Assembly: GCF_001194135.2 (NCBI RefSeq)
Contig: NC_068984.1
Coordinates: forward strand, 115,716,061-115,780,060
DNA length: 64,000 nt
Origin: Octopus bimaculoides
Lineage: Eukaryota
Reading direction: 5' to 3'
Part shown: in pieces, positions 11,770-24,916 of the stretch
Numbering within the stretch: the stretch's first letter is position 1
Layout: each line of letters starts with the position of its first letter
Position numbers and translations under genes: made by a program
Notes under the pieces: generated by a model
Database searches by the model: none
Seen by the model: the letters and a program-made list of their open reading frames with translations, nothing else
Told to the model about the DNA's origin: nothing

Positions 11770-13310
11770 CACACTCTCGCAATAGTTGTTCTCTCAGGTA
11801 ATATTTGAGTTATTCTTATGAAATGGATATTTTAAATATTGTTAAATTGCTTAAAATTTTCCGAATTTTCTGGAAACCACAGACATTGTCAAAATCAGAG
11901 CTGTTCAAGATGACTTCCATTTAACTATTTTCCTACGCTTTTAGCCACAAATTATCATAATACCACCGTACCACACAGTTCATAGAATACCAATGTCTTC
12001 TCTCCTATAAAATGAGTCAGACCCTCTCAAGGATCTTGTTAAACAGGTAATTGCAAATCCAGTACATCATAATCGAATCGTTTTAGTCTGAGATTTACAG
12101 AGTTGATAATTCCTTTTCATAAGAATGGATCAAATTCTATGAAGATGGACCAAATTCACAAATATCTGACCGCACTGTGATATGTATCCTGTCCAATATA
12201 TAATAACAGGCTTACATTCCATATACAATGCTGTACAGGTAAAGAATAAAACATACATATATCTAACATAGTCTTCCAATATAGAAAGATATTAAGTTTC
12301 TAAAGAGAGCAACAGAGAGCTATTAGATGCTCTCTCTAAGTCATAATACATGTCTCTACAACGTCAGAACAACCACCTTTCGGAGACATGTTTGAAATAA
12401 AAATATTTATTTTGGAATCTCTGTGTTGGTGTCATCTACACTCAAGCTTTTATAGTCGACTCAACCATTGAATTAACACCACTTTAACACAGAATATTGT
12501 GACTTGCGTGCATTTCAATTGTGTGAGTTGTCTAGAATAATACACACAGTCATGTACCGCAAGGTAGAGAAATAGTAATAAGAAAGAAAGTTGCGTTATA
12601 TTACTAAACATATATTCATAGCTATTTCTGTAGTGGCCATTAATATATAAACTGACATATAAGAAGCAGAAAACTGGAAGTGAGAACAATAGTAATAACA
12701 AGAAAAGTCAACAAAACTGACAGAATATAACGAAACGGCAAGAGCTTTGATGATAATATCAACTAACAATGGGTAAGAGCCATAATGGCAGTAAGCCTTC
12801 AAGCGAACGGAATAAGGGGTGCTGCTTTCAATTCCGATTTGCTGCTAGTTCATTCCATTTCCGCTGTTAATTACCTTTGGAATGACACAAGAGTCAAGGT
12901 TTCTTACTTCTCCTTTTGCGGATGTTAGACGTTTGTATAACTTGCGTTACGAATTTCCCATTGTATTGTTATTTGGTAGTAAATACATGTTAAAAGTTTT
13001 CGAAATTTTAAAGGATAATGAGTAACATGACTAAAGAAATCGACGAATCAAACAACGTACCAAATAACGGAACGAACCTCTACGTGTTCGCACGATATGT
13101 TAGAAATAGCAACCAATATCTCAGAAGTATCATCCTACCGCCTACAAAGAAGAGAAGGGTATATCGGATACTCTAATTTTGTGATAGACTATTTTTGAAA
13201 AGATAGAGCGGTAATGATCTTTGATCAAAGGTTTAGTTAAAGAAAGTAGACCTAGGGCTAAATATCTTCAACAACAGACACAACAATCACACACACACAT
13301 ACACACACAT

Positions 13311-13354
<44 letters not shown>

Positions 13355-13533
13355 GTCAATCAATCAATCTATCTATCTATCTATCTATCTATACATACAT
13401 ACATACATACACACAGACACACAGATACAAACACACACTCACACACACAAACACACACACACACACACACTCACACACAGACATTATAACAACTTGTAAA
13501 GCAAAAGTTTATTACAGATGTATACACACACAC

Positions 13534-13605
<72 letters not shown>

Positions 13606-14720
13606 CGAATGGCACCGCGAGTGTCGCGTTGCTCTCAAGCAACTCTGCCGTCCGGGACCAATCTTGTGCAACTTTGATTCCACAAAAGCGTTCTATAGAG
13701 GATTAGTGNNNNNNNNNNNNNNNNNNNNNNNNNNNNNNNNNNNNNNNNNNNNNNNNNNNNNNNNNNNNNNNNNNNNNNNNNNNNNNNNNNNNNNNNNNNN
13801 NNNNNNNNNNNNNNNNNNNNNNNNNNNNNNNNNNNNNNNNNNNNNNNNNNNNNNNNNNNNNNNNNNNNNNNNNNNNNNNNNNNNNNNNNNNNNNNNNNNN
13901 NNNNNNNNNNNNNNNNNNNNNNNNNNNNNNNNNNNNNNNNNNNNNNNNNNNNNNNNNNNNNNNNNNNNNNNNNNNNNNNNNNNNNNNNNNNNNNNNNNNN
14001 NNNNNNNNNNNNNNNNNNNNNNNNNNNNNNNNNNNNNNNNNNNNNNNNNNNNNNNNNNNNNNNNNNNNNNNNNNNNNNNNNNNNNNNNNNNNNNNNNNNN
14101 NNNNNNNNNNNNNNNNNNNNNNNNNNNNNNNNNNNNNNNNNNNNNNNNNNNNNNNNNNNNNNNNNNNNNNNNNNNNNNNNNNNNNNNNNNNNNNNNNNNN
14201 NNNNNNNNNNNNNNNNNNNNNNNNNNNNNNNNNNNNNNNNNNNNNNNNNNNNNNNNNNNNNNNNNNNNNNNNNNNNNNNNNNNNNNNNNNNNNNNNNNNN
14301 NNNNNNNNNNNNNNNNNNNNNNNNNNNNNNNNNNNNNNNNNNNNNNNNNNNNNNNNNNNNNNNNNNNNNNNNNNNNNNNNNNNNNNNNNNNNNNNNNNNN
14401 NNNNNNNNNNNNNNNNNNNNNNNNNNNNNNNNNNNNNNNNNNNNNNNNNNNNNNNNNNNNNNNNNNNNNNNNNNNNNNNNNNNNNNNNNNNNNNNNNNNN
14501 NNNNNNNNNNNNNNNNNNNNNNNNNNNNNNNNNNNNNNNNNNNNNNNNNNNNNNNNNNNNNNNNNNNNNNNNNNNNNNTTTTTTTTTGCCCCTACCGATC
14601 CCTTTTGATCGGATTTTTGTTTTTTCTTTTTCTTAAAGAAAAGCTCTACAGTTGTATTTGTCCCCTCTGTGTGCAGCCCTGTGTGGCTAATAAAAGAAAG
14701 TTATCTATCTATCAATAAAT

Positions 14721-14788
<68 letters not shown>

Positions 14789-15231
14789 CCTTTTCCTAAA
14801 AACGTTTACACTCATAGAGTAACTTCAGCAATGTTTGAACAAGTAGCGGTTTAGTTTACCAACATTTTCTTAGCTTAGTTTTTACCTTCGTAACACGACT
14901 AGATTCCGATGACACATGCAAAATTATTTCTCCTGCTAAAACCTCAGTCTATATCCTACGTGTGTCACTAACAATTTTCTATATATAACTTAACTCGGAA
15001 ATTATTTTCAATAATCACTGTTTTCAAACGTGTTTTTTTTACTAGGTTGCATTGCTTTTAGAGATCAGATACATTTTACGTCTGACACCACAGGTGAAAC
15101 CAATATCTATTCTATTATTGAGCGCTAATTTTCTTATCGAAACAGACATCTAACGTATATTAAGTCACTCTTTACATATGTTGTTGATACACGATAAAAT
15201 TTTTCTTTGATATAATTATTAGATTGTTATT

Positions 15232-16026
15232 GATGCAGTTAATCATAGATGTAGCAGGTACTTAAAACAGTTAATCGTAGCTATAGATGGTGGTTGGTAG
15301 AGCTGATCCGCAATGTCACTGATCCGTATTTCAGATACCGCTGTCTCTTGAGACAGTTGATCTTAAAAGTAACAGGCACTTGGTTCAGTTGACTTTAAAT
15401 ATAGCTGGTCCTCGATACAGTTGATCCGAAATGTAGCTGGTCCTAGAGACACTTGTTTCAAGATATAGTTAATCCTTGATAGAGTGGATCCTCGATGTTG
15501 CAGATATAGCTGGTTCTCGATACAGTTGATCTTGGATTTAGATGTTCCTCTAGACAGTTGATCCGTAATGTACCTGGTCCTTAAGACATTGATGTAACTG
15601 GTCCTTAAGACAGTCAATCATAGATGTAGCTGATTCTCGACACAGTTGTTGCTGGATATAGTAAATCTATGATAGAGTTGATCCTTGAAATCGCAATTTC
15701 TTAACTCAGTTGATCCCAGGTGTAGCTGGTCCTTGATAAAATTATCCAAGGTTTCGTTGTTCCGTGACTCGGTTCAACATAAATAATGGTAGATGCTGAT
15801 CGTTATTAAAATTGATCGATGTGAAAATTGTGGACGTAGCTGATCTTTTATAAAATCGAATCGATCGATCCTAGATGTAGTGGTCCTTGATAAATTTTAT
15901 CGTAGATGTAGATGTTCTTTAACAGAGTCGACTCTAGATGTAGTTGTTCCTTGGTTCAATTGATCCTAGATGTAGTTTTTCCTTGTTAGAGTTGACTCTA
16001 AATATAGCTTATCCTTGATTCAGTTA
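15232..16026. repeat. Minisatellite, 16-bp monomer in alternating A/B 32-bp higher-order units
   Basis: A approx. GATACAGTTGATCCTA, B approx. GATGTAGCTGGTCCTT; roughly 50 degenerate monomers. Confidence 0.85.
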
Positions 16027-16368
16027 CTGCATGTTCTGTATTTACCGATTGGAATAGAAAAGGAAACAATAGCTGCAATAGTTTAAGGTATTTTGCTTTG
16101 CAGCATTGTCTTCTTTAGGAAGAGTTTATATTTAAGAAGATAAAGTATTGACGAATTGATTGAATAAAGAGTTGTAGCTTGTATCTTGATATCGACAGTG
16201 AAACTCTGCTTTTGTTATTTGGGGACAGACCACGCAAGAAATGAAAACTATTGTGAAAGAAATAGGGAGAGAGAAAGTGAAGACGAGCAAGATAATAGAC
16301 AGAAGGTGGAATGAGAGAGACGGGGGATGCTGGAAAATAGATAGATAGAGCAAGAGAGCGAGAGAGTT

Positions 16369-16447
<79 letters not shown>

Positions 16448-16457
16448 NNNNNNNNNN

Positions 16458-16496
<39 letters not shown>

Positions 16497-16761
16497 GAGA
16501 GAGAGTAGAATGTACAGCAACGTGGAGTTACTTAGTAATTAATAACACAGAAATTTAATCTTAGAAGAAACAGAATATTGATACAACTGACCAAGTAACA
16601 TTAATTAAAATTATAACATTTAGTGATGAGAACTGTAATCATTTCCATGACTAATTCTAGTAAAAAGGGGCAGGAGAGATAATCCAGAAATTGTAATTAT
16701 TGAAAATTCATTAAATAAAGAAGGAATTGAGGACTGATTCCAATATTTAGTGTTACAAGTT

Positions 16762-16990
16762 GTGAATTGGCAGAATCGTTAAAGACTGGGGTAAGAATAC
16801 GTGGACATCATTATCTGATGCGACACTGCTTTGAGTTCAAATTCTTCCGAAGTTAACTTTGACTTTTTACCGTTTCGAGGTTGATAAAAGTATCACCCCA
16901 TGGCAGTGGATTAGCGGTGCTGTGAAAATGTTGAACCGAATGCCTTGTAGTATTTATCCGGGTTCTTTTGTCATGAGTTCAAATCCCGAT
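16762..16990 (+). mobile_element. Degenerate SINE family C plus a second partial head
   Basis: TTGGCAGAATCGTTA...GAGTTCAAATT...AACTTTGACTTT...TTTCGAGGTTGATAAA; second GAGTTCAAATCCCG at about 16975. Confidence 0.6.
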
Positions 16991-17337
16991 TTGGCTTATT
17001 TGAGAGGTAGTCTTTACACATTACCTGATTTAACACTACTACCTGGAACTTTTGGGTATCTTTAGAGGAGTCTATTTGAGAATACCTTCCTACCGCTTTT
17101 TAACCAGTCTCAGAGACCCTATAAAAGGTTATGGACACTGCTTTAGCTTCTGGCTAAAACATGAAAGAACGTACATTAACAGCACTAGATATATTTTCGC
17201 TGTATTTACCATTCTCATCATGGTCAGACCGTTCCTTTAAATCTTAGAACTTTAAAGAATGACTGGAAAAATACACAGTGGATATTTACTACTTGTGTTT
17301 TATTCATTAATTTTAAAGTAATATTTCCTCCCAATCA

Positions 17338-17553
17338 AAGGCGGCGAGCTTGCAGAATCGTTAGTACGGCGGGGAAACGGCTTAGTGGCATTTCGTCCGT
17401 CTGCACGTTCAGTGATTTAATCCCACTAGGGTTAACTTTGTCTTTCATCATTTCGGGGTTAATAAAATAAGTACTAGCCGAACACTGGGATCGCTGTAAT
17501 CAACTGATCCTCCTCGAAATCGATGATCTTGTCCTAAAACTTGAAATCAATAT
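17338..17553 (+). mobile_element. SINE family C, near full length
   Basis: GGCGGCGAGCTTGCAGAATCGTTAG...CTTTCATCATTTCGGGGTTAATAAAATAAGTAC...CTTGTCCTAAAACTTGAAATC. Confidence 0.75.
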
Positions 17554-17840
17554 TTCTTGCTATTCTTTATAGTCACTTCTGTGACATGTTACTTAACATT
17601 TGAATATTAAAATTCTTCGATTATTCTTTTTCTGGCCTTAGTCACTGGATTGCGGCCATAAAGTGGATCGCCTAAAAGGGTTTTAGATCATATAATCGGT
17701 TCCAGTATTTATTTTATCGATCAGTATCTAATTATCGAATTGCTATGTTGCAAAGAAGACAAAAACAAAAAATCTCCGGTTTATATGGTGTCAAAATAAA
17801 CACTTTTTCCGCGCGCGCGCACGCGCACACACACACACAC

Positions 17841-17875
<35 letters not shown>

Positions 17876-17935
17876 TACACATGTATACACAAACACGCAC
17901 AAACTAACACACACTCACATACCAAGATACAAACA

Positions 17936-17972
<37 letters not shown>

Positions 17973-18074
17973 ACACACACACTCACATACACATGTATAC
18001 ACAAGCGCGCACAAACTAACACACACACAGATACACACACAATCAAACTCACACACACCAAGATACACACACTG

Positions 18075-18139
<65 letters not shown>

Positions 18140-18393
18140 TGTTGCTTCGTTAAGTACATGACTTCCATTTTTATCGTTTCTAATTTTAGTGTTTTCGTAT
18201 TTTCTTACTATTTTCTTTCTGTTAGTTTAGAACAATGGACTTCCTAAATTCACATTCGACGTTTTTTGACATTTACAGTCTCGTTTGCAAAGATTGAATA
18301 CATTTGGTGTTGGCATTGTTTTGCTATATGCTAGTTAAATTTATGTAGACTTTTCTGCAAAAGACTTTTGACCGTTCGGGTTCCGCGCAATCG

Positions 18394-18437
<44 letters not shown>

Positions 18438-18796
18438 AACAAATATATTTTTTTCTTTAGAAGCGTCTAATGTATATCGTATTATACAGACAGGAAAGTA
18501 ATATTTCTAACGCAGTATCGCAGTGAAAACAGCAACACACAATTTTCCTTCTGTTTCCATGGCAATACTGCGTTCGAAATATTACTTCCTTGTCTGTATA
18601 ATATATATATANNNNNNNNNNNNNNNNNNNNNNNNNNNNNNNNNNNNNNNNNNNNNNNNNNNNNNNNNNNNNNNNNNNNNNNNNNNNNNNNNNNNNNNNN
18701 NNNNNNNNNNNNNNNNNNNNNNNNNNNNNNNNNNNNNNNNNNNNATATATATATAACGAAGGCGGTTATGCACAATAAGAAACCAAAAAGGAAAAC

Positions 18797-19060
18797 TTCA
18801 ATTGTGACTAATTGTGATTGAAAGTGCAGGGTGGCTTCTACATTCCTTGAAAGAGGACTTAAAAAAAGCTTTACAGCCGCAAAAATGGGCCCATGTCTGC
18901 ACTGACTGGGGGCATAATCGCCCCACAGCGAAGTCACCATACTAGTCTAGTTTCGCTTAAAATTAAAGGTGCATTTTTCGCAGGTCTAAGTGTTTTAACT
19001 CTTATTTCTAGCAATGTAGGTGCAACCCTGTACCCCCAGTCACAATTGGTGACAACTGAA
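18797..19060. mobile_element. Degenerate foldback/MITE (~95-bp arms)
   Basis: TTCAATTGTGACTAATTGTGATTG...CAGGGTGGCTTCTACATT is an inverted match to AATGTAGGTGCAACCCTG...CAGTCACAATTGGTGACAACTGAA. Confidence 0.65.
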
Positions 19061-19087
19061 TTATATATACTTACATACATACATACA

Positions 19088-19470
19088 TGCCACCATTCAT
19101 ATTTGAATATTGCTCTGTATGACACTGATTCTGCGGCCTGACCTGATCGGAGCGACATGTATCAGAATACTGCTTTCAGCGGCGAAACGTGTCCCCACTC
19201 CGCCATGGCCTTGAGCATTCGATGAGGTCTCTCCACGATCCCATTTCCTTTCCACTGGGCCTGTATGCCACTCTGAAAAAGCGGTGCAATTTCCACCTGT
19301 CAAGCACCTCCTTCAGCGCATCCGAACGAAACAGGGCCCCGCTCTAAGAATACCTCGTTTAGAATCTCGTCCGACATTCTCTCCAAATGGCCATCCGGCC
19401 CGGCCCACAGTCGACCATCAAGATATACGTCCCCTGCCGGTAGTGTGTTACATCCACTGCTAGAGACCTA
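19088..19470 (-). pseudogene. pol: Integrase core, internally deleted
   Basis: LAVDVTHYRQG...MVDCGPGRMAIWRE, ILNEVFLERGPV (second catalytic D region missing), GNGIVER, AIFKYEWWH. Confidence 0.8.
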
Positions 19471-19699
19471 GTTGTGTTCTACCGAAATGCTTCCCTACTA
19501 ATGCACACCCGGAGCATGCAGCCTCCTTAGCTCGGAGTTACTTAACCGGCAAAATGCAGCTACCCCTTACTTCGATTCTTCCAGCTCCCCTAACCAGGCC
19601 TTTTTTTTAAAACCCTAGTTAGAAGTCTGCCTTATTTCTCTCTGAAGGCAGAAAGACTACGTTCAGCTTCGGGCCGAACTCCTGGAACCCTTAGGTGGC

Positions 19700-20010
19700 A
19701 CTTCACTAACATTTCTGCAACCCCTTTGTTTCGCACCCTCTTCTCATCGGGGATCACCGGTCCTACCCAGCCAAGCACGGTGGCCGAATCCGTCCGGATT
19801 TCGATGGATCAGCCCCCATTTCAAGGCCAAATTCACTACCTTCAACACTACGTCCAACTCAGCGACATTGATGTGGATGTAGTCATCTGCTTTTCGAGGA
19901 CAGGCCGCATCCTCCACTTCGGCACCTTTGATTTCCAACACAACTCCTGTCGCGATGCTGCTAGCATCACACCATACGGTCCCGTTATTCGATTTGGGCA
20001 CATGCCAGTT
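19700..20010 (-). pseudogene. pol: RNase H
   Basis: VWCDASSIATGVVLEI...HINVAELDVVLK...IEIRTDSATV. Confidence 0.8.
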
Positions 20011-20149
20011 CCCTCTGACTGGGTCTTCCGCTCTCGTCTTCCCTTGGATTTCCCGCATCATCACCACTGTCCCCTCTCCCACCGTGTCATCCCAGTTCTC
20101 CCCTTCTGCTCGTCTCTGGATGTAACTACATGCCTTACGCAGCCACCCC

Positions 20150-20770
20150 GCAATCGGGAAGTGACCTACTAATTTCCCGCTCATCGAGAACGGTTCTTTC
20201 CTGCTGACGTTGCTACCCAGCTCCGGGATATCATTCCCCCTCCGAAACGCCAACACACCTGTTCCGTCTCTTTCAAGCTTAAGCCCAAGTGCAGCTCCTC
20301 CAGACATTGGCTCTTGTGGCTTCGCAATCAGCCTGAATTTCTTCAGATGCCTCACAACTCCTGTGGCAGGCACTGCAGTCTAGTCCACTAAGATGTTATC
20401 TATATAGGAATAGATGACCCTTCTTATCCTATCCACCTTTACAAGGATAGATTTGAGCACTGTCGCCATGTTCTTCGGTGCAAAGTTCAGCCCAAAACCC
20501 AGCCTTATCAGACAATATGTCCGACCCTTGAATCGCACCAGCTGGTACTGCCAGTTTGTCGCTCACATGGAGTTGCAAATATACCGACTTCAAGTCGGCG
20601 ATCGTCGCTGCCTTAATTGACTGTCTCCATACGCATAGCGTCTCACCGCAGACGTCGGTCGCTTCACCACCTGTGTGGTACGATACATGGCCATTCATCT
20701 CCCGAAAGTCCAGTACCGGTCTGACTTTGCCCTTTGTTGGCTGTACCACTGCCAGTAGAGGTAGAAATCC
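20150..20770 (-). pseudogene. pol: Reverse transcriptase
   Basis: GKVRPVLDFR, ADLKSVYLQL, RLGFGLNFAPK, SYIDNILVD (YxDD read as YIDN at 20395-20406). Confidence 0.85.
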
Positions 20771-21079
20771 GCTCACCACTTCCTCCTTCCACGGGATAAG
20801 GACACCTTCCTTAATCTACTTCTCTACCTGTTCTTTAGACTCGCTCCTAGCAGGCATGTCCTTTCAGAGTATGCTGGTAGCATCTCACTCTGTTCTTCAG
20901 CGTCGGGGGCTTCTCTTTCCAGAGCCACTCTCTCGTCTACAACTGAGCATCGAACGCCACCCGAAAATCCTTGCCTTTAATGGTGTAGACAGTGCAGCCC
21001 AGCGCAGAGCACTGCTCCTGCTCATATTCCTGACTCATGGTGCGCGACGCCCCCACGGCACCAAACGAAACCACGTTTC

Positions 21080-21370
21080 TTCCAACATTGACATCTCCAA
21101 GGCTGTCGATCTCATCCATCCCTATTATCACATCAATCCCGTCCACCACGTGGTCGATCACGGTCGCCCGCAGCCTTAGCGTTGTATCTCACACCACTAT
21201 CTCCACGTCGCTGTTATCCTTGCATTCGATTTCGCTGCCGTCCCTTTCCATTTCTTTGTCATCCTCGGGGTCACGAGAATCATCGTGTAGCCTGTGTCCA
21301 CGAGGGCTTTGAACGTGTTTCCCCCGACCACGACCTCAACTACAGGCAGCAACTGCACCAGCGCCTCTAC
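21080..21370 (-). pseudogene. pol: Retroviral-type aspartic protease
   Basis: LPVVEVVVGGNTFKALVDTG active site and downstream IDVIIGMD motif (frameshifted). Confidence 0.85.
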
Positions 21371-22087
21371 TCGTTCGCGAGGGAAGTTTGAAAAGAAGCA
21401 ACCTCCGCGTGGCCTTTTCCTTGGCCGCAATTTCGGGCGATATGCCCAGTCTGTTTGCACCGGTAGCAAACTGGTCCGGGATCCGCGCAGTCCCTCGCCA
21501 TGTGTGGTCCCTGGCACCTAAAACACCGGCCTGTGTACGGTAGCTGTCGTTCCACTGCAGGTCTCTTTTCGTCTTTCATTGCGCCTTCGCGGGCTTCTGC
21601 AACCGCCATCACCATTGTCCTCCGCACGGTGTTTTGTGTCAACACGCGGGCTTGGACGATGAGCTCGCTCATCGCCATTTTGTTGCCGCCTGGCAATTGT
21701 AGCCGCACTGACACATCGTCAGGAAAGTCATTTACAAAGGCCACTCGCGCTACTTTTCCAGTTCCTCTCCGGTGAGACGAGACAGCACAGTCAACCTCCG
21801 TACCTCCGCAGTATATTCGTCAACCTGTTCCCCTGTCCATCTGACCGTTCCCAGCTTAGCAAAAGCGGTGTATCCTCTCTCTGTGTAAGCCTCACTCAAG
21901 CGCTGCTCGATCTCTGCCACGCTCAGTTGTTCTTCATTCATTTCGAAGTAAAGTGCCAGCGCGCTCCCCGCCAAATACAGCGCGATGAGGCTTTCTACAT
22001 TTTCGATGCCTTGTAGCCTGGCCACAACTTTGACCTTTCGAATCCAAGCTACTACGTCTCCTTCGCCATAGAAGGGTCAAATGACAT
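21367..22087 (-). pseudogene. gag: gag with two zinc knuckles
   Basis: FYGEGDVVAWIRKVKVVARLQ...; CFRCQGPHMARDC and CYRCKQTGHIARNC; one frameshift near 21750. Confidence 0.88.
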
Positions 22088-23031
22088 NNNNNNNNNNNNN
22101 NNNNNNNNNNNNNNNNNNNNNNNNNNNNNNNNNNNNNNNNNNNNNNNNNNNNNNNNNNNNNNNNNNNNNNNNNNNNNNNNNNNNNNNNNNNNNNNNNNNN
22201 NNNNNNNNNNNNNNNNNNNNNNNNNNNNNNNNNNNNNNNNNNNNNNNNNNNNNNNNNNNNNNNNNNNNNNNNNNNNNNNNNNNNNNNNNNNNNNNNNNNN
22301 NNNNNNNNNNNNNNNNNNNNNNNNNNNNNNNNNNNNNNNNNNNNNNNNNNNNNNNNNNNNNNNNNNNNNNNNNNNNNNNNNNNNNNNNNNNNNNNNNNNN
22401 NNNNNNNNNNNNNNNNNNNNNNNNNNNNNNNNNNNNNNNNNNNNNNNNNNNNNNNNNNNNNNNNNNNNNNNNNNNNNNNNNNNNNNNNNNNNNNNNNNNN
22501 NNNNNNNNNNNNNNNNNNNNNNNNNNNNNNNNNNNNNNNNNNNNNNNNNNNNNNNNNNNNNNNNNNNNNNNNNNNNNNNNNNNNNNNNNNNNNNNNNNNN
22601 NNNNNNNNNNNNNNNNNNNNNNNNNNNNNNNNNNNNNNNNNNNNNNNNNNNNNNNNNNNNNNNNNNNNNNNNNNNNNNNNNNNNNNNNNNNNNNNNNNNN
22701 NNNNNNNNNNNNNNNNNNNNNNNNNNNNNNNNNNNNNNNNNNNNNNNNNNNNNNNNNNNNNNNNNNNNNNNNNNNNNNNNNNNNNNNNNNNNNNNNNNNN
22801 NNNNNNNNNNNNNNNNNNNNNNNNNNNNNNNNNNNNNNNNNNNNNNNNNNNNNNNNNNNNNNNNNNNNNNNNNNNNNNNNNNNNNNNNNNNNNNNNNNNN
22901 NNNNNNNNNNNNNNNNNNNNNNNNNNNNNNNNNNNNNNNNNNNNNNNNNNNNNNNNNNNNNNNNNNNNNNNNNNNNNNNNNNNNNNNNNNNNNNNNNNNN
23001 NNNNNNNCATATATATTTATGTGTGTGTGTA

Positions 23032-23098
<67 letters not shown>

Positions 23099-23834
23099 AC
23101 ATACATACATATATGTGTGTGTGTGTCTAATTTTCTTGGTGAATTCTCTTAATCTAAAACCTAGAAAATCAGAATGAAATACATAAAAACGAATTAGAGC
23201 TAAAACTATGATATAAATGAATAAGATTTACTCCATCATGGTATAATATTGTTTGTTTTCTCCAAAACGTAAAATTTCTGTATATCCGCTGAGAGACGCG
23301 TTTGAGTTTGAAAGAAAATATTCTGCAATGATTAGAGTCATTGAATGTAAGTAGACGTGAGTAAAGGAATAAAGTGAGACGTGAATAAGGAATAAAAGAA
23401 GAGGTGAAAGAAAGATACAGATCTAGAAAAATATTGAATGAAATGAGGCAACGGGCATTGCATCACAATCTGTTTGGTTACTGAAAAGCATCATTGAATA
23501 TATCACAGAGAAAATAGTTTTGGTACTGTAATAAAATAGCATTTGGAGAATATAATAAAATACTTCTTGTATATAATAAAATAGTTTTGGGATATTATAA
23601 ATTAGTTTCTGAATAGTATAAAATAGATTTTGGATATCATAAAACAATTATTAGATAAAATAATATATCGAGACGATAACTCGATTGCCAATTTTAATTG
23701 TTCCCAAACTCTATAAACAGTCTTCAGTATTTAAAAAAAATAATTCTACGTTCAAAACAATTGTTCATGCTAGTTGTTCTATGCTGTTTCTAAAGTCTTC
23801 GATCTCAGGACTGATGTCAGTAACTATTTGTTTC

Positions 23835-24445
23835 AAAGTTTTGGCATAAGGCCAGCAATTTTGGAGGAGGAGATAAGTTGATTACTTCGACCCCAGTACT
23901 GAGGTGGTGGAGGCGCAATGGCCCAGTGGTTAGGGCAGCGGACTCGCAGTCATAGGATCACGGTTTCGATTCCCAGACCGGGCATTGTGAGTGTTTATTG
24001 AGCGAAAACACCTAAAGCTCCACGAGGCTCCGGCAGGGGATGGTGGCGAACCCTGCTGTACTCTTTCACCACAACTTTCTCTCACTCTTTCTTCCTGTTT
24101 CTGTTGTACCTGTATTTCAAAAGGTCAGCCTTGTCACTCTGTGTCATGCTGAATATCCCCGAGAACTACGTTAAGGGTACACGTGTCTGTGGAGTACTCA
24201 GCCACTTGCACGTTAATTTCACGAGCAGGCTGTTCCGTTGATCTGATCAACTGGAACCCTTGACGTCGTAAGCGACGGAGTGCCAACAAGTACTGAGGTG
24301 GTACCTATTTTATCGACTCCAAGGTGATGGAAGACAAAAAAAAACAAACAAACCAATCTCAGCTGGAATTTGAACCCAGAACGGAAGGAAGAGTGAAAGG
24401 TTGTTAAGTATTCTTGCTCGCCTGTTAACTATTCTGCCATCTCGA
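23835..24445 (-). mobile_element. SINE family C copy interrupted by a younger SINE
   Basis: 23835-23908 and 24303-24445 join into a continuous family C copy, collinear with 37715-37895. Confidence 0.7.
23909..24288 (+). mobile_element. Full-length young tRNA-derived SINE (380 bp) with 14-bp TSD
   Basis: A box TGGCCCAGTGG, B box GGTTTCGATTCC; TSD AGTACTGAGGTGGT at 23895-23908 and 24289-24302. Confidence 0.92.
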
Positions 24446-24519
24446 AGGTAATTAATAAAAATATCAACTATAAGTATTAGGCCAGTAATAATTCTTTAAA
24501 TATTTAGGAATAAGGGCTG

Positions 24520-24727
24520 AAATATTTGTGGGAAGGGATTAGAAGTTACTTGATAAAAAAAAAAATCGGCCTCAATTACTTGGCTGGTACTTTATTTTAT
24601 TGACTTTCTGGTGAGATGAAAAGTAAGAAATTCAACCTCGGTCGGACTTGAACTCAGAACGTAAAGAACTGGAACAAATATTGTAACACATGTATCCTAT
24701 TGCAAGAAGGATTCTGCTGATCCACCG
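24520..24727 (-). mobile_element. Degenerate SINE family C
   Basis: CTGGTACTTTATTTTATTGAC...AACCTCGGTCGGACTTGAACTCAGAACGTAAAG. Confidence 0.6.
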
Positions 24728-24834
24728 ATCTAAGATGGTTGATTATATTAATAAAGTACCAATCAAACAGTCGAGCCTTCTGTCTGTCAGTTTCTTTCAG
24801 GCACTCTCTCACAGTTTTCTCTCTTTCTCTCTCT

Positions 24835-24916
<82 letters not shown>

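Larger units (their letters stand above)
19088..22087 (-). mobile_element. Ty3/Gypsy-order LTR retrotransposon internal region (gag-PR-RT-RH-IN), decayed; 5' end in gap
   Basis: Domain order and motifs listed in sub-features; GC-rich island; many frameshifts and deletions. Confidence 0.93.

Noticed and set aside
11944-12046. AG...GT bounded segment with strong splice signals
   Set aside because: All three frames contain stops.
15232-16026. 32-bp repeat array as CRISPR, or ORF 15363-15617 as a repeat protein
   Set aside because: No unique spacers or cas genes, eukaryotic context; the period is not a multiple of 3 and other frames are full of stops.
23909-23985. tRNA gene
   Set aside because: A/B boxes present but no closed acceptor stem, and it continues into a 300-bp SINE body bounded by a TSD.
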